Part shown: in pieces, positions 39,786-49,634 of the stretch
Numbering within the stretch: position 1 is the stretch's first letter
How the letters are laid out: the number at the start of each line of letters is the position of its first letter
Source: a virus
Direction: 5' to 3' (one strand)
Length of the DNA: 64,000 bases
IMG/VR virus record: IMGVR_UViG_3300027815_000003
Location: 32,001-96,000 of that record
Position numbers and translations under genes: made by a program
The notes under the pieces: generated by a model
Database searches by the model: none
Told to the model about the DNA's origin: nothing
The model's input: only the letters and a program-made list of their open reading frames with translations

Positions 39786-40240
39786 TTTATAACTCCAGAT
39801 AAAGCAATTAATGCACTATCATAAAAATCCTGATCTAAAGATTCTGATAAACCAAAAATTTCTATTGCTTTTTTCTTTATATCGTCCTTTTTACAATTAC
39901 CCTTTAGCCCAGGAATTAATCTCTTCCATGTTGTGTTCCCCACTTCTTCTACCAATATCCCTCTATTTTTTAATGTAAGTTTTATCCCAGAAATTATCTG
40001 TATCAAACTTCTTGATGTAAGAAAATTTTGAATATAAATAGGTGCTTCTATTAAAACTTTTGCGTTATCAAAAAATCCATTATTTACATCAACTTCCAAT
40101 TTTTCTATTAAGTCATAAAACTTTTCATTTATATCTTTTTTGTTTGTCTCCCATTTTTTTTGTAAAAGTAATTTCCCATTTTCATCCAAAACTGTACAAT
40201 GTATCCTATTACTAGCCGAATCAATCCCGATTACGTTCAT
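39782..40240 (-). CDS. ruvC: RuvC-like Holliday junction resolvase
   Basis: VIGIDSA, LIEAP, DQDFYDSALIA. Confidence 0.8.
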   Translation of the reverse strand: MNVIGIDSASNRIHCTVLDENGKLLLQKKWETNKKDINEKFYDLIEKLEVDVNNGFFDNAKVLIEAPIYIQNFLTSRSLIQIISGIKLTLKNRGILVEEVGNTTWKRLIPGLKGNCKKDDIKKKAIEIFGLSESLDQDFYDSALIALSGVIK

Positions 40241-40246
40241 CTTACT

Positions 40247-40525
40247 TCAATAAAATAACCAATTTACCAAGACATCCATTAAGATTGTATCCAAATAAAT
40301 ATATAAATTATCCCTATTTTCAAAAATTTCTTTTTGCGCTATTTTTAATTCTGTTTTTATATTTGAGTTTTCTTTTAGTTCAAATATTATTATTATCTGA
40401 CTCGTGTTTATATCATTTATAATATAAAAATTTAACAAAAACCCTATGTTACGACTTTTTAACCAATTTTGTATAATATAGAATAGAGAATCTTTATCCA
40501 TAGTTTCTGTATTAATATTTATCAT
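40247..40525 (-). CDS. hypothetical protein
   Basis: ORF track. Confidence 0.5.
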   Translation of the reverse strand: MININTETMDKDSLFYIIQNWLKSRNIGFLLNFYIINDINTSQIIIIFELKENSNIKTELKIAQKEIFENRDNLYIYLDTILMDVLVNWLFY

Positions 40526-40834
40526 TTAATCTTTATTAGCAACTGCTAATAAAATTTCTCCATGTCAGGCTAATGGAACACAAAAACAAATTAAATCTTT
40601 TCCCTTTAATTCTTCTTTTACTGCTTTCAACAATTCTGGATTTCCCATAATATATTCTCTATATCTATCTATAGCTTCTTGTCTGGTTTTAACTTTATAT
40701 TTAGCTAGTGTCCCAGATAAATGAGAATACAAATTACCAAATTTTGTTGGACGCCCCACATAAATAGCCTCTTTAGGGATATCTTTATTAATATTTTTAT
40801 TATAAAGTTTGGGCATTTCTATAATCCTAACCAT
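40526..40834 (-). CDS. DUF4326 protein with in-frame TGA at a conserved Cys (candidate selenoprotein or nonsense allele)
   Basis: VYVGRPTKFGN-type motif (AIYVGRPTKFGN); ELKGKDLICFCVPLA[TGA]HGEILLAVANKD; reading through TGA ends at TAA 40526-40528 abutting the next ATG. Confidence 0.8.
40532..40553 (-). promoter_or_regulatory. SECIS-like hairpin downstream of in-frame TGA
   Basis: TTTATTAGC-AGTT-GCTAATAAA, perfect 9-bp stem starting 12 nt after TGA. Confidence 0.5.
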
Positions 40835-41325
40835 TCCATCATTTGTTCTCTATTTATTAAACTCTTACATTTATAATTTCCACGATTTAATAAACAAATT
40901 TTCCCGCTCACAACAAAACCATTATTTTCTAATATTTTCTGTGCGCTATCCATTGCATTACCAGTTGTGACAACATCATCAATCAGATAAACATTTCTGT
41001 TTTCTAATGAAATATTATAACCAAATGGTAGATATAAATTAAAATCAGGAATATCTGGATAGATTTGTATATGTTTTGTTCCCTTTTTAATAAATCTAGA
41101 CGCACCACTCATTATCACACCTGGAATATAAACATTATTACTCATACCATAAATAAAAATATCTTCGCATATTTCTTTATCTAGCTTATCTATATCAAAT
41201 TTTAATAATGCCTCTTTGCCCGAATGTAATCTAAAATTATCTACAGTAATCATCTGCTTTAATATTTCTCTTAAGTCTATATTTGCACCACCATTATACA
41301 TATTAATAAATCTATTCTCATCCAT
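40819..41325 (-). CDS. phosphoribosyltransferase (type I)
   Basis: PRPP-binding VYLIDDVVTTG. Confidence 0.8.
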   Translation of the reverse strand: MDENRFINMYNGGANIDLREILKQMITVDNFRLHSGKEALLKFDIDKLDKEICEDIFIYGMSNNVYIPGVIMSGASRFIKKGTKHIQIYPDIPDFNLYLPFGYNISLENRNVYLIDDVVTTGNAMDSAQKILENNGFVVSGKICLLNRGNYKCKSLINREQMMEWLGL

Positions 41326-41328
41326 AAA

Positions 41329-42528
41329 TTAAAATCCCATCTTTCCTTTCACTTCATTTAAACTATTTGGATCTTCTCCGTTTTTTATTTGATATATTTC
41401 AGCTAGAGTGTACTCTCTTTTAGATAATTTTATATCACCTACCAATTTTTGTGAATGCTCAAAAGATAAATTTCCAACCTCTATATTAGCCAAACATCTA
41501 CCAGGACGAATTATAGCTGGGTCTATTTTTTTAATATCTGTATTAAATGTAATAAGAATAATACTATCTGCAACTAAAGATAATAATCCTTCACTAACAT
41601 TAAGAAGATTTGCTCTTGCATCAATATGATTTGATGACGAATCCATTGTTAGTAAATCACCAATATCTTCAAAAACAAGTAAAGATTTTTTAAAATTAGA
41701 CATTACATTATCTAACTTACCCGCATCATTAAGAAATACCATAGGAGGGGAGCAAACAACTGCACGTCTTTTTTTCATTTCAGTTAATATAGAACGTACT
41801 AACCAAGTTTTCCCAGAACCTTGTATCCCATGTAAAACAACTATCCCATTTTGAGTATCTTCTAATTGTTTAAATAATTTTTCTATTTTATTTATTACAT
41901 TCGTTTCATAGTTCTGTTTTATAGAAGCAAATGGGACTTTATCAAATTCGTGAGTATTATAAACAATACCATCTGGTTTTAAATAAGCAAATGTGATTGG
42001 GACAAAACCACCTTGATATGAAAAAGAATTTATTATTTTAAATCCATATTCTGTTAGTTTCTGTTTTATATCTTTAAATAAATTTTTATCTTTTGTACAA
42101 AGCTCAAAATCAAATTCACTGCTATCTTCTAATTCTTTTTGTTCTTGTACAACATAAGGCTCATTTTCATCATAATAATCTGATTTTGTTTTATTTTTTC
42201 TAGAAAAATAAAAAATATTATACAAAGAAGATAAACAATATTGTTCATTATTAGAAATAAAAGATGTCTTACATATATAATCTTTTTTTATTTTATCAAA
42301 TATATCTTGAATATCACCAGATTCTAATTTTACATGAAGTCTTTGCCATAAAACCTCACCATAATTTTGTCTTACCATATCTTCTTTTATTAAATTGTAT
42401 TGTAAACTAAAAACATCATAACTAAGATGAGTTCTATGACTAAATATATCTATTTCTTTTCTCATTACCATTAATACACCTGCTTCTCTAAAGCTCTTAG
42501 AGAAATAATACGAGAAACTGTTTCCCAC
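41329..42528 (-). CDS. AAA ATPase
   Basis: HGIQGSGKT, LVFEDIG, DPAIIRPGRC. Confidence 0.88.
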   Translation of the reverse strand: MGNSFSYYFSKSFREAGVLMVMRKEIDIFSHRTHLSYDVFSLQYNLIKEDMVRQNYGEVLWQRLHVKLESGDIQDIFDKIKKDYICKTSFISNNEQYCLSSLYNIFYFSRKNKTKSDYYDENEPYVVQEQKELEDSSEFDFELCTKDKNLFKDIKQKLTEYGFKIINSFSYQGGFVPITFAYLKPDGIVYNTHEFDKVPFASIKQNYETNVINKIEKLFKQLEDTQNGIVVLHGIQGSGKTWLVRSILTEMKKRRAVVCSPPMVFLNDAGKLDNVMSNFKKSLLVFEDIGDLLTMDSSSNHIDARANLLNVSEGLLSLVADSIILITFNTDIKKIDPAIIRPGRCLANIEVGNLSFEHSQKLVGDIKLSKREYTLAEIYQIKNGEDPNSLNEVKGKMGF

Positions 42529-43115
42529 AATATCTTATAAGATATAGCTAGACCATTAATTCTAGTATATAATCCTTCACATTCTATTAAATCTTGTCTT
42601 ATTTTTTTAAGTTGAGGATTTTTATCTATTGCCTCTCCCCTTAAAAGTTCTTTTGTTTTCCTTTTTTCGCTTTCTTCTAATGACAATAAATAAGTTGCTT
42701 TATTTAACATTTCTTCAAATGTAGCTTCTAAAACACCTTTTTTACTACCGACAAAAGATAACTGACTCTCTATGTATCCCCTAAAAGCACCATACTGTAT
42801 CAATAGTTTTTCTAATTCATCATTCGAACATTCAGCAAAATTATTAATATCTAAGAGTTCTTCATTATCTTTAGGTTTAGTTATTTCTGGAACTTTTAAT
42901 TGATTTACAAATTTTTCTATTCCATTTAAAACAGTATCTATGTTCCATTTTTTAAGAGAAGATATTTGTGGGTAAGATAAAACTATATTACCTTCTTCAT
43001 CTTTCTCTCCTCTTCTCATCATCAAAGCCATATCTTCACTATCTGAAATAGTATAAACTAATTTCTCATTAGTCTCTTCATTCTTTACTATTACTTGATT
43101 TTCAGCTAATTTCAT
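42471..43115 (-). CDS. helical protein, possibly UvsY-like recombination mediator
   Basis: Coiled-coil C-terminus; near the recombinase gene. Weak assignment. Confidence 0.35.
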   Translation of the reverse strand: MKLAENQVIVKNEETNEKLVYTISDSEDMALMMRRGEKDEEGNIVLSYPQISSLKKWNIDTVLNGIEKFVNQLKVPEITKPKDNEELLDINNFAECSNDELEKLLIQYGAFRGYIESQLSFVGSKKGVLEATFEEMLNKATYLLSLEESEKRKTKELLRGEAIDKNPQLKKIRQDLIECEGLYTRINGLAISYKILWETVSRIISLRALEKQVY

Positions 43116-43813
43116 AAAACGTCGTCAAAACTTTCATTATTTTGGTAATTTATACATCTGCAAAACCTAGCATCATGTATTACGGATTTTATATCTGGAA
43201 TTTCTTTTAGCCCCATCACATAATTGCATTTTTCTACTATTTTGTTCCATTTTTCTTTATTTTTTCTTTGAGAGAAAGCCTTTATTTCCTGTGTATTTTT
43301 ATCCTCATATAATACACTTCCCTTTTCTATATCCAGGACATTAAGATAAACCTGTAATTGTATTTCATGCTCTGGTTTAGCCATTTTATCTAATTTTCTA
43401 AATTCCGCATCATTTATGGTCTTAAGTTCTATAATATATCTTTTGTCATTTATATTAAGAATAAAATCTGCTCTACCGTGTAAAGGAGGATTTTCTATAT
43501 TTGCATCTACCTCTTTATCTTCATAATAACCCATTTTTTTGAAATAGGCTTCATATCTATCTTGGGTTATATTACCATGATCAAATATTCTTTTAGTCCT
43601 ACCATTTATTTTTTCTGGTAATAAAAGTCCATGATAATGAAGATACAATAATCTATGACAAGAATAGCCAATAGAACTTACTTGAAAATAACCCCCTCTA
43701 GGGATATTACCATTTTCCGATAACGCATCTTCTATTTGTTTCTCTAACCATATTTCTCTTGACTCATCTATTTGACTGTATCCATTTTTTTGGCGTAATG
43801 CCTTAATTCCCAA
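43112..43813 (-). CDS. Cas4-like PD-(D/E)xK exonuclease
   Basis: SSIGYSCHR, HGRADFI..IELKT, QLQVY, C..CRC. Confidence 0.8.
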   Translation of the reverse strand: MGIKALRQKNGYSQIDESREIWLEKQIEDALSENGNIPRGGYFQVSSIGYSCHRLLYLHYHGLLLPEKINGRTKRIFDHGNITQDRYEAYFKKMGYYEDKEVDANIENPPLHGRADFILNINDKRYIIELKTINDAEFRKLDKMAKPEHEIQLQVYLNVLDIEKGSVLYEDKNTQEIKAFSQRKNKEKWNKIVEKCNYVMGLKEIPDIKSVIHDARFCRCINYQNNESFDDVL

Positions 43814-44144
43814 AATAAATTTCCAACTCTTTCTTTATATCTTCTTTTTCATAAGAGACTATATGTATTATTTTTTCTACACCTAAAGATAATAATTCTT
43901 CGTCTCTTTTTTCATTAGCTTTTTTAGAATGATTTGCTGTTTTACCATCACACTCTATAACTGCATTATCATCTGATAAGAAAATATCAACAGATAAAGG
44001 ATTTTTAGGTTTCCCAATTTTATTTAGTTCTTTTCTATAAAATCTTTTTTGTTGTTGATATCTTATTCCCATTTCACTAAGAACTTCAGCAACCAATTTC
44101 TCTTGTTTTGTAAAATCTTTATTCGGACGGTTCAATTGATTCAA
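43803..44144 (-). CDS. small DUF559/Vsr-like nuclease
   Basis: QEKLVAEVL..VDIFL..VIECDG..H..RDEEL. Confidence 0.7.
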   Translation of the reverse strand: MNQLNRPNKDFTKQEKLVAEVLSEMGIRYQQQKRFYRKELNKIGKPKNPLSVDIFLSDDNAVIECDGKTANHSKKANEKRDEELLSLGVEKIIHIVSYEKEDIKKELEIYFGN

Positions 44145-45087
44145 CTTCTTTTTTAAGTAATTCTAAAGCATTTGGATTTGAAATAAAATATTCTTTCAGT
44201 CCAGTTCTTCCCTGTTTTTTTGTCCCATCTTTTAATAAATACCAAGTTCCACCTTTTGTAATCAATCCTTTATCTATAAAATCATCAATTAAAAGTTCAA
44301 TTAAATCAATTCCACCCTTAAGTCTAAAAGCAATAGCTACATCATCGTAAGATGCACCCCTTACTTTACTTTTTCTTTGACGGATATTTATATTAAACCC
44401 TACTCTAGTTTTCTCTCCACCAATTGTTTCTTCTATCCAACCATCTCTGCGTACCTGCAATATAATATGAGCAAAAAACGTCTGTGCAAGGCCACCAGGG
44501 GTAACATCTTGTGCATAAGGGCCAATTCCCTCTCTTAATTGATTAATAAACAGTAATGTCGTTCCTTCGCCTAAACTTGATATTAAACGAGATATACCGT
44601 CATTTACCATTCTTGCCCTATTTGCCATAGGGGAATGAGCTAGTGCCTCTTCATTTAGTGCTGTTGGCACTAATGCAGCGACACTGTCTAAAACAACCAA
44701 ATCAATTTTATTTCTCATTAGTTCACGGATTATATCAAATGCAACCTCTCCGCTTTCTGGTTGAGAAACTAAAACATCATCTATATTAACTCCATTTTCT
44801 TTTGCCCATTCTGCATCCCAACTCCATTCAGCATCAATCCAAGCAGCAGTACCACCTTTTTCTTGAATAGATTTTACCGCCTTAAATGCCAGAAGAGACT
44901 TACCAGTATTACTATCACCGATTAATAATGTAAGTCTTTTTGTGGGTAAACCACCACCAATAAGTTTATCTAATGGTTCTATATTAAAAGGTATTCTTTC
45001 ATATTTAAAATAATCATCATTACCTTTTCTTAAAGCACCACTTTTAAACAATTCATCTAAATTAACTTCTTTTTTCTTAGGTGGCAT
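44119..45087 (-). CDS. recA: RecA-family recombinase
   Basis: GDSNTGKS, WIDAE, VVLDSVAAL, FINQLR. Confidence 0.9.
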   Translation of the reverse strand: MPPKKKEVNLDELFKSGALRKGNDDYFKYERIPFNIEPLDKLIGGGLPTKRLTLLIGDSNTGKSLLAFKAVKSIQEKGGTAAWIDAEWSWDAEWAKENGVNIDDVLVSQPESGEVAFDIIRELMRNKIDLVVLDSVAALVPTALNEEALAHSPMANRARMVNDGISRLISSLGEGTTLLFINQLREGIGPYAQDVTPGGLAQTFFAHIILQVRRDGWIEETIGGEKTRVGFNINIRQRKSKVRGASYDDVAIAFRLKGGIDLIELLIDDFIDKGLITKGGTWYLLKDGTKKQGRTGLKEYFISNPNALELLKKEVESIEPSE

Positions 45088-45317
45088 TAATTTCTCTTTT
45101 CCGTTTTTAGTTTAAATTCTTTTTCAAGATTATCAAAACTTTCATCAACTTTTTTTATTACTACATCCCAAACATTAGGAAAGACATCTTTTACTTCTTT
45201 TAATTGTTCATCTATTGGTTTACTAGTATCTATTCCACCAACTTGTATATTTATCTTTCCACTCTGGTAAGAACCAAAACTTAATGTTAATCCAACTTCT
45301 ACAGACAATTGTGGCAT
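45087..45317 (-). CDS. hypothetical protein
   Basis: ORF track. Confidence 0.6.
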   Translation of the reverse strand: MPQLSVEVGLTLSFGSYQSGKINIQVGGIDTSKPIDEQLKEVKDVFPNVWDVVIKKVDESFDNLEKEFKLKTEKRN

Positions 45318-45380
45318 ATTTCAATTTCCTTTCTCTATTTAGTAACTCAAATTATATCACATAATCTTATAATTGTCAAA

Positions 45381-47996
45381 TTACACTTCTACCTTTACAA
45401 ACGCATCATTTTCTTTCAAAATTTCAAATGTACGTTTTGTTACCGCTCTATATTTCTTTGTTTCAAAATCTTGTTCTGTAAGATAATTTCCAGAAATCAA
45501 ACCCTGCGCTGCTTTTTCACCAATACCTTTTAGATAAGTAAGTCCAGCACGTAATGTTTTATCATCTTCAATCTTCCAATACATTTCGCTTTTACCCAAT
45601 CTAGGCTTTAGAACTCTTAGTCCTTTTCTTTTTGCTCCTTGTGCTATAGCCTTTATCTTTTCTTCATCTTTTTCTTTAGAAAGTCTAGCCCAATAATATT
45701 GGATTGGATAATGTTGTTTAAAATACATTCCCCAAAATGCCACCAAAGCATAACAAACAGCGTGAGATTTATTAAAAGCATACCCACCGAATTTCTTAAT
45801 ATCATCCCAAAGTTTTCTTGCCTGTTCTTCAGTTACCCCATTTTTAGAACAACCATCTCTAAATTGTATAAACCATTTTTCAAAATCTTCATCACCATAT
45901 TTTTTACCCATTAGTTTTCTAATTTTATCAGTATCAGACCAGTTCATCCCAGCTAATCTATTACAGACATACATAATCTGTTCTTGATAAACAAGAACAT
46001 CATATGTGTCTTTAACAATTTCTTTCAATATAGGATTCCAAGTATAACTATTATCTTTAAAACCATTAGCACCGCTAATATATTTTTCTGTCATTTTAGA
46101 CTCTAATGGGCCAGGACGACTTAAGGCTACTGTTGCGACTAATTGATCAAAAGAATTAAGATTTTTAAACCCCTGTAAAACTTTTTTAGTAGCATACCCA
46201 CTAAATTGGAATATTCCATCTGTATCTATTTTTTTAAATCCTAATAAAGTTTCTTTATCATCTATTGGAATTTTGTATAAATCATCAAGTGATATTCCTA
46301 TAAGTTTACATATATCAGAAATAACAGTAAGTTCAGTAATACCCAAAATATCAACCTTAAGAAGTCCTAAATCTGCACTATCATTCATGTCAAAACAACT
46401 AAATTGTGTTATTTTATCATCTTTTTCTCGTTCATAAATAGCAATAATATCTGTAAGTGGAATATTAGATATAACGACACCAGAAGCATGTTCTCCCATT
46501 TGTCTTACATGACCATCTATATATTCAGCCTTTTTAAGCATAGGATATTTTTTAAGTAATTCTTTTGCTTTATCAGAACTTGAAAACATTTCTTTTATAG
46601 TAGAATTTCCACGTTCATCACTTTCGTTGTATTCTGGTATTTCTGGCTTAATAAAATTTATTTCTTCTGTTGGAAGTTCATAAATTCTTCTGATATCATC
46701 TAAAGCACTTCTACCTTTGAAAAATCCAAAAGTCCCAATATTACAAACATTATCTTTCCCATATTTAGAAGAAATATATTCTTTGACATCATCACGTCTA
46801 TCCATGTCAAAATCAACATCAATATCAGGAGGCTCCTTCCTTCCTTCTTGCAAAAAACGTTCAAATAACAAATCATGTTTTATTGGATCTATTGTTGTGA
46901 TACCAGTCAAATAACAAATAAGACTACCTGCAGAGCTCCCCCTTCCTGGGCCTGTAAATATATTTTGAGATTTAGCCCATTTTACAATATCTGCGATTAC
47001 TAAAATATAATCACAAAAACCATATTTAGCTATTACATCTAGTTCTTTTTCAAATCTTTCTTTATATATCCCTTCGTTTTTTATACTAAGTTTATTAAAT
47101 CCTTCTAAAGACCATTGTTTGAGTAATTCATAACTATTGTCTGTGTTATATTTAGGCGAACCACCCTTTATCATAGGTATAACATCTATTCTTTGTGAAA
47201 CATTATATGTGTTCTCAAAATATTTTTCCCAAGATGAATTAGGAGATAAAGTTTTTACCGCTTCAAATAACTCTTCTGCGGGCCATTGATAAGCACCATA
47301 AATTATTTGATTAGCATCAAAAGTTCTTCTATCTCTAATAGCATGAAGAATTTCTTGCACTTCTGCTTGATCAGCGGTCAAATAATGAGGATCACAAGTT
47401 AATACAATTGGTATATCTAATTGTGCAGAAACATATTCTAGTCCATTTATTGTGTCTTTAAATAGTGGAAAATGTTGTGTTTCTAAATAGTATCTATCTC
47501 CAAATACAGATTTAAACTCCTGTGCAATTTTCGTAGCACCATTTATATTATTTTCTCTTAATTCTTTTTGAACAAATCCAGTCCAACATCCAGACAAAAC
47601 AATAAGCCCCTCTTGATGTTCAAAAAGCATTTTAGTATCTATTGTACTTCTATAATAAAACCCCTCAGAAAAACCTAAAGAAGCAAGTTTAAGGATATTT
47701 CTATATCCCTTTTCGTTTTGCGCCAATATAGTAATATGAGATTTTTCTCTTATTTTATCTTCTCTCATTTTTTCTATATCTGTAACAATATAACTTTCAA
47801 TTCCAAAGATATTTCTTATTTTATTTTCTTTACACGCCTTATCAAATTGTACCCAACCACTAATCGTCCCATGATCGGTAATAGCCAAACTATCACGTCC
47901 AATTTCTTTAGCTCTTTTTACAGATTCTAAAGGACTGGGGTGGGAATCGAGACTAGAAAACATGGTGTGGTTGTGTATGTCTACAAATTTTATCAT
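45381..47996 (-). CDS. dnaE: DNA polymerase III alpha-like (family C)
   Basis: PHP domain (HNHTMFS, ITDHG), GRGSSAGS, PDIDVDF, KVDILG, YAFNKSHA. Confidence 0.93.
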   Translation of the reverse strand: MIKFVDIHNHTMFSSLDSHPSPLESVKRAKEIGRDSLAITDHGTISGWVQFDKACKENKIRNIFGIESYIVTDIEKMREDKIREKSHITILAQNEKGYRNILKLASLGFSEGFYYRSTIDTKMLFEHQEGLIVLSGCWTGFVQKELRENNINGATKIAQEFKSVFGDRYYLETQHFPLFKDTINGLEYVSAQLDIPIVLTCDPHYLTADQAEVQEILHAIRDRRTFDANQIIYGAYQWPAEELFEAVKTLSPNSSWEKYFENTYNVSQRIDVIPMIKGGSPKYNTDNSYELLKQWSLEGFNKLSIKNEGIYKERFEKELDVIAKYGFCDYILVIADIVKWAKSQNIFTGPGRGSSAGSLICYLTGITTIDPIKHDLLFERFLQEGRKEPPDIDVDFDMDRRDDVKEYISSKYGKDNVCNIGTFGFFKGRSALDDIRRIYELPTEEINFIKPEIPEYNESDERGNSTIKEMFSSSDKAKELLKKYPMLKKAEYIDGHVRQMGEHASGVVISNIPLTDIIAIYEREKDDKITQFSCFDMNDSADLGLLKVDILGITELTVISDICKLIGISLDDLYKIPIDDKETLLGFKKIDTDGIFQFSGYATKKVLQGFKNLNSFDQLVATVALSRPGPLESKMTEKYISGANGFKDNSYTWNPILKEIVKDTYDVLVYQEQIMYVCNRLAGMNWSDTDKIRKLMGKKYGDEDFEKWFIQFRDGCSKNGVTEEQARKLWDDIKKFGGYAFNKSHAVCYALVAFWGMYFKQHYPIQYYWARLSKEKDEEKIKAIAQGAKRKGLRVLKPRLGKSEMYWKIEDDKTLRAGLTYLKGIGEKAAQGLISGNYLTEQDFETKKYRAVTKRTFEILKENDAFVKVEV

Positions 47997-48331
47997 TATT
48001 TTTCTATAACTTTCATTTCAGTATTAATAAAATCTCTATCATAATCTATTATATAACTATTTTCTATTTCTATAGCAAAATCTTTCATATCTTCCCATTT
48101 CATACTATTTGAAGCCCACTCTTTTATTTCATAATCATCATCCATTATCGCATTAAAATTATCGTCATACATTTTTTGTATATCTATATCATTAGGATAA
48201 TGTTTTGATTTTCTTTCTCTTTCCAAATCTTTTTCAGTCCAATATTGGGCTTTAGGTTTTACTATTATATATGCTGGAATTAAATATGTTTTATTATCAC
48301 TAAAAGTTATTTGTAAATATTTAGTTAACAT
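47996..48331 (-). CDS. hypothetical protein
   Basis: ORF track. Confidence 0.55.
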   Translation of the reverse strand: MLTKYLQITFSDNKTYLIPAYIIVKPKAQYWTEKDLERERKSKHYPNDIDIQKMYDDNFNAIMDDDYEIKEWASNSMKWEDMKDFAIEIENSYIIDYDRDFINTEMKVIEK

Positions 48332-48854
48332 AATTAGGTTTTCTTATTTTTATACCGCAATTTTTATATATATCTATTCCACTAAAACCATACCCTTCAT
48401 AACTATCTAAACTATCCATAATAACCTCTATTATACCAGCACCAACCACACTATTTGCACATTCCATACAAGATGAAACTTCTGCATAGATATAAATAGA
48501 ACAATTGTTTATCGCTCTTCCTAATTTAGCAGCATTAGATATTGCATTTTTTTCTGCATGGCTGCATGGACAAAAATTAGTTCCTTCTCCAGACGCATAC
48601 CCAATTATTTTTCTTGGACATATTCCTTCTTCTAGTTTATTTATTTGTCCTGGTCTTAAATTATATTTATCAATAAAAATATTATTAAACTCTTTTGTCC
48701 CAGGATTTGGAAAATCTTTTTGAGGCCCGTTAAAACCAAAAGAAATGGGATCGTTTCCAAAAGCAATAACAGCCCCACATTTTCTAGATAAACATCTAGA
48801 TTGGTCTGCTGCTCTCTTAGCTAAATCCATAAAAAAACTATCTGAATTTTTCAT
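48321..48854 (-). CDS. dCMP deaminase
   Basis: HAEKNAI and SCMECA zinc motifs. Confidence 0.88.
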   Translation of the reverse strand: MKNSDSFFMDLAKRAADQSRCLSRKCGAVIAFGNDPISFGFNGPQKDFPNPGTKEFNNIFIDKYNLRPGQINKLEEGICPRKIIGYASGEGTNFCPCSHAEKNAISNAAKLGRAINNCSIYIYAEVSSCMECANSVVGAGIIEVIMDSLDSYEGYGFSGIDIYKNCGIKIRKPNYVN

Positions 48855-49361
48855 CTATCCTCTAAGATTTTGTGGTGGGCTAGAATGATCATCACCAGCC
48901 ACCCAATTTAAAAATACCAATACATTATCTGCAGAAACCCAACCTTCTACACTATCACCATTTTGTAAATCAATCATTTTACCATTTTTAGGCCATGCTG
49001 CGATCTCCGCATCATATGATTCCCATCTATCAGATTTTTTTGGAGCATCAAAATCCCAATTATCGTGATTTGAACAATAATTTCCAGCACCAAACTGTAC
49101 CGATGCTGTCCAACCATTTTCAAATGTTATATGAAATCCTCTATGTCCTGTTATTTTAACATTATTTTTCCTTTCCAATATTTCTAAATCTTTTTTATAT
49201 GCCTCTTCTAACTCCTCTTCGGCATGTGTCAAAACATCCAACAACAATAAGAGAAAATTACGTAAATTTTCATCATCTTTACACTGAGATAGACTATCTT
49301 TTACCGTAGTTATCCATACTTCTTTATTTATCCATACTTCTTTATTATAATAATCGTCCAT
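48855..49361 (-). CDS. hypothetical protein
   Basis: FENGWTASV..EIAAW conserved-looking phage motif. Confidence 0.6.
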   Translation of the reverse strand: MDDYYNKEVWINKEVWITTVKDSLSQCKDDENLRNFLLLLLDVLTHAEEELEEAYKKDLEILERKNNVKITGHRGFHITFENGWTASVQFGAGNYCSNHDNWDFDAPKKSDRWESYDAEIAAWPKNGKMIDLQNGDSVEGWVSADNVLVFLNWVAGDDHSSPPQNLRG

Positions 49362-49428
49362 ATTTTATATTCAGCCACACCTTAAAATACGATAACAAAA
49401 GTTTTATATCATTTTGGAATGATATTAT

Positions 49429-49629
49429 ACTGGTTTAGATTCTTTCACTCTAAAACTGTTATCTCTGTACGGCGTTTCGTAAGACAACTCACGCCTTTAA
49501 TTTACTGTATTATTCCAGCACCAATATTTTTTAAATAAATTGGCTGTCTACTCGTGCAGCTATTTAATGTTTCCTTAAGATATTAGATTGTGATAAGAGC
49601 TAATACATCAAAACGACTCACACACCAAT
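49429..49629 (-). ncRNA. candidate structured ncRNA B (~200 nt)
   Basis: Intergenic; closed by ATTGG/CCAGT; 3' hairpin identical to 2484-2507. Confidence 0.55.
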
Positions 49630-49634
49630 TTTAT

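Noticed and set aside
43112-43813. Cas4-like gene as part of a CRISPR system
   Set aside because: No array or other cas genes; it sits in a recombination cluster, as stand-alone phage exonucleases commonly do.
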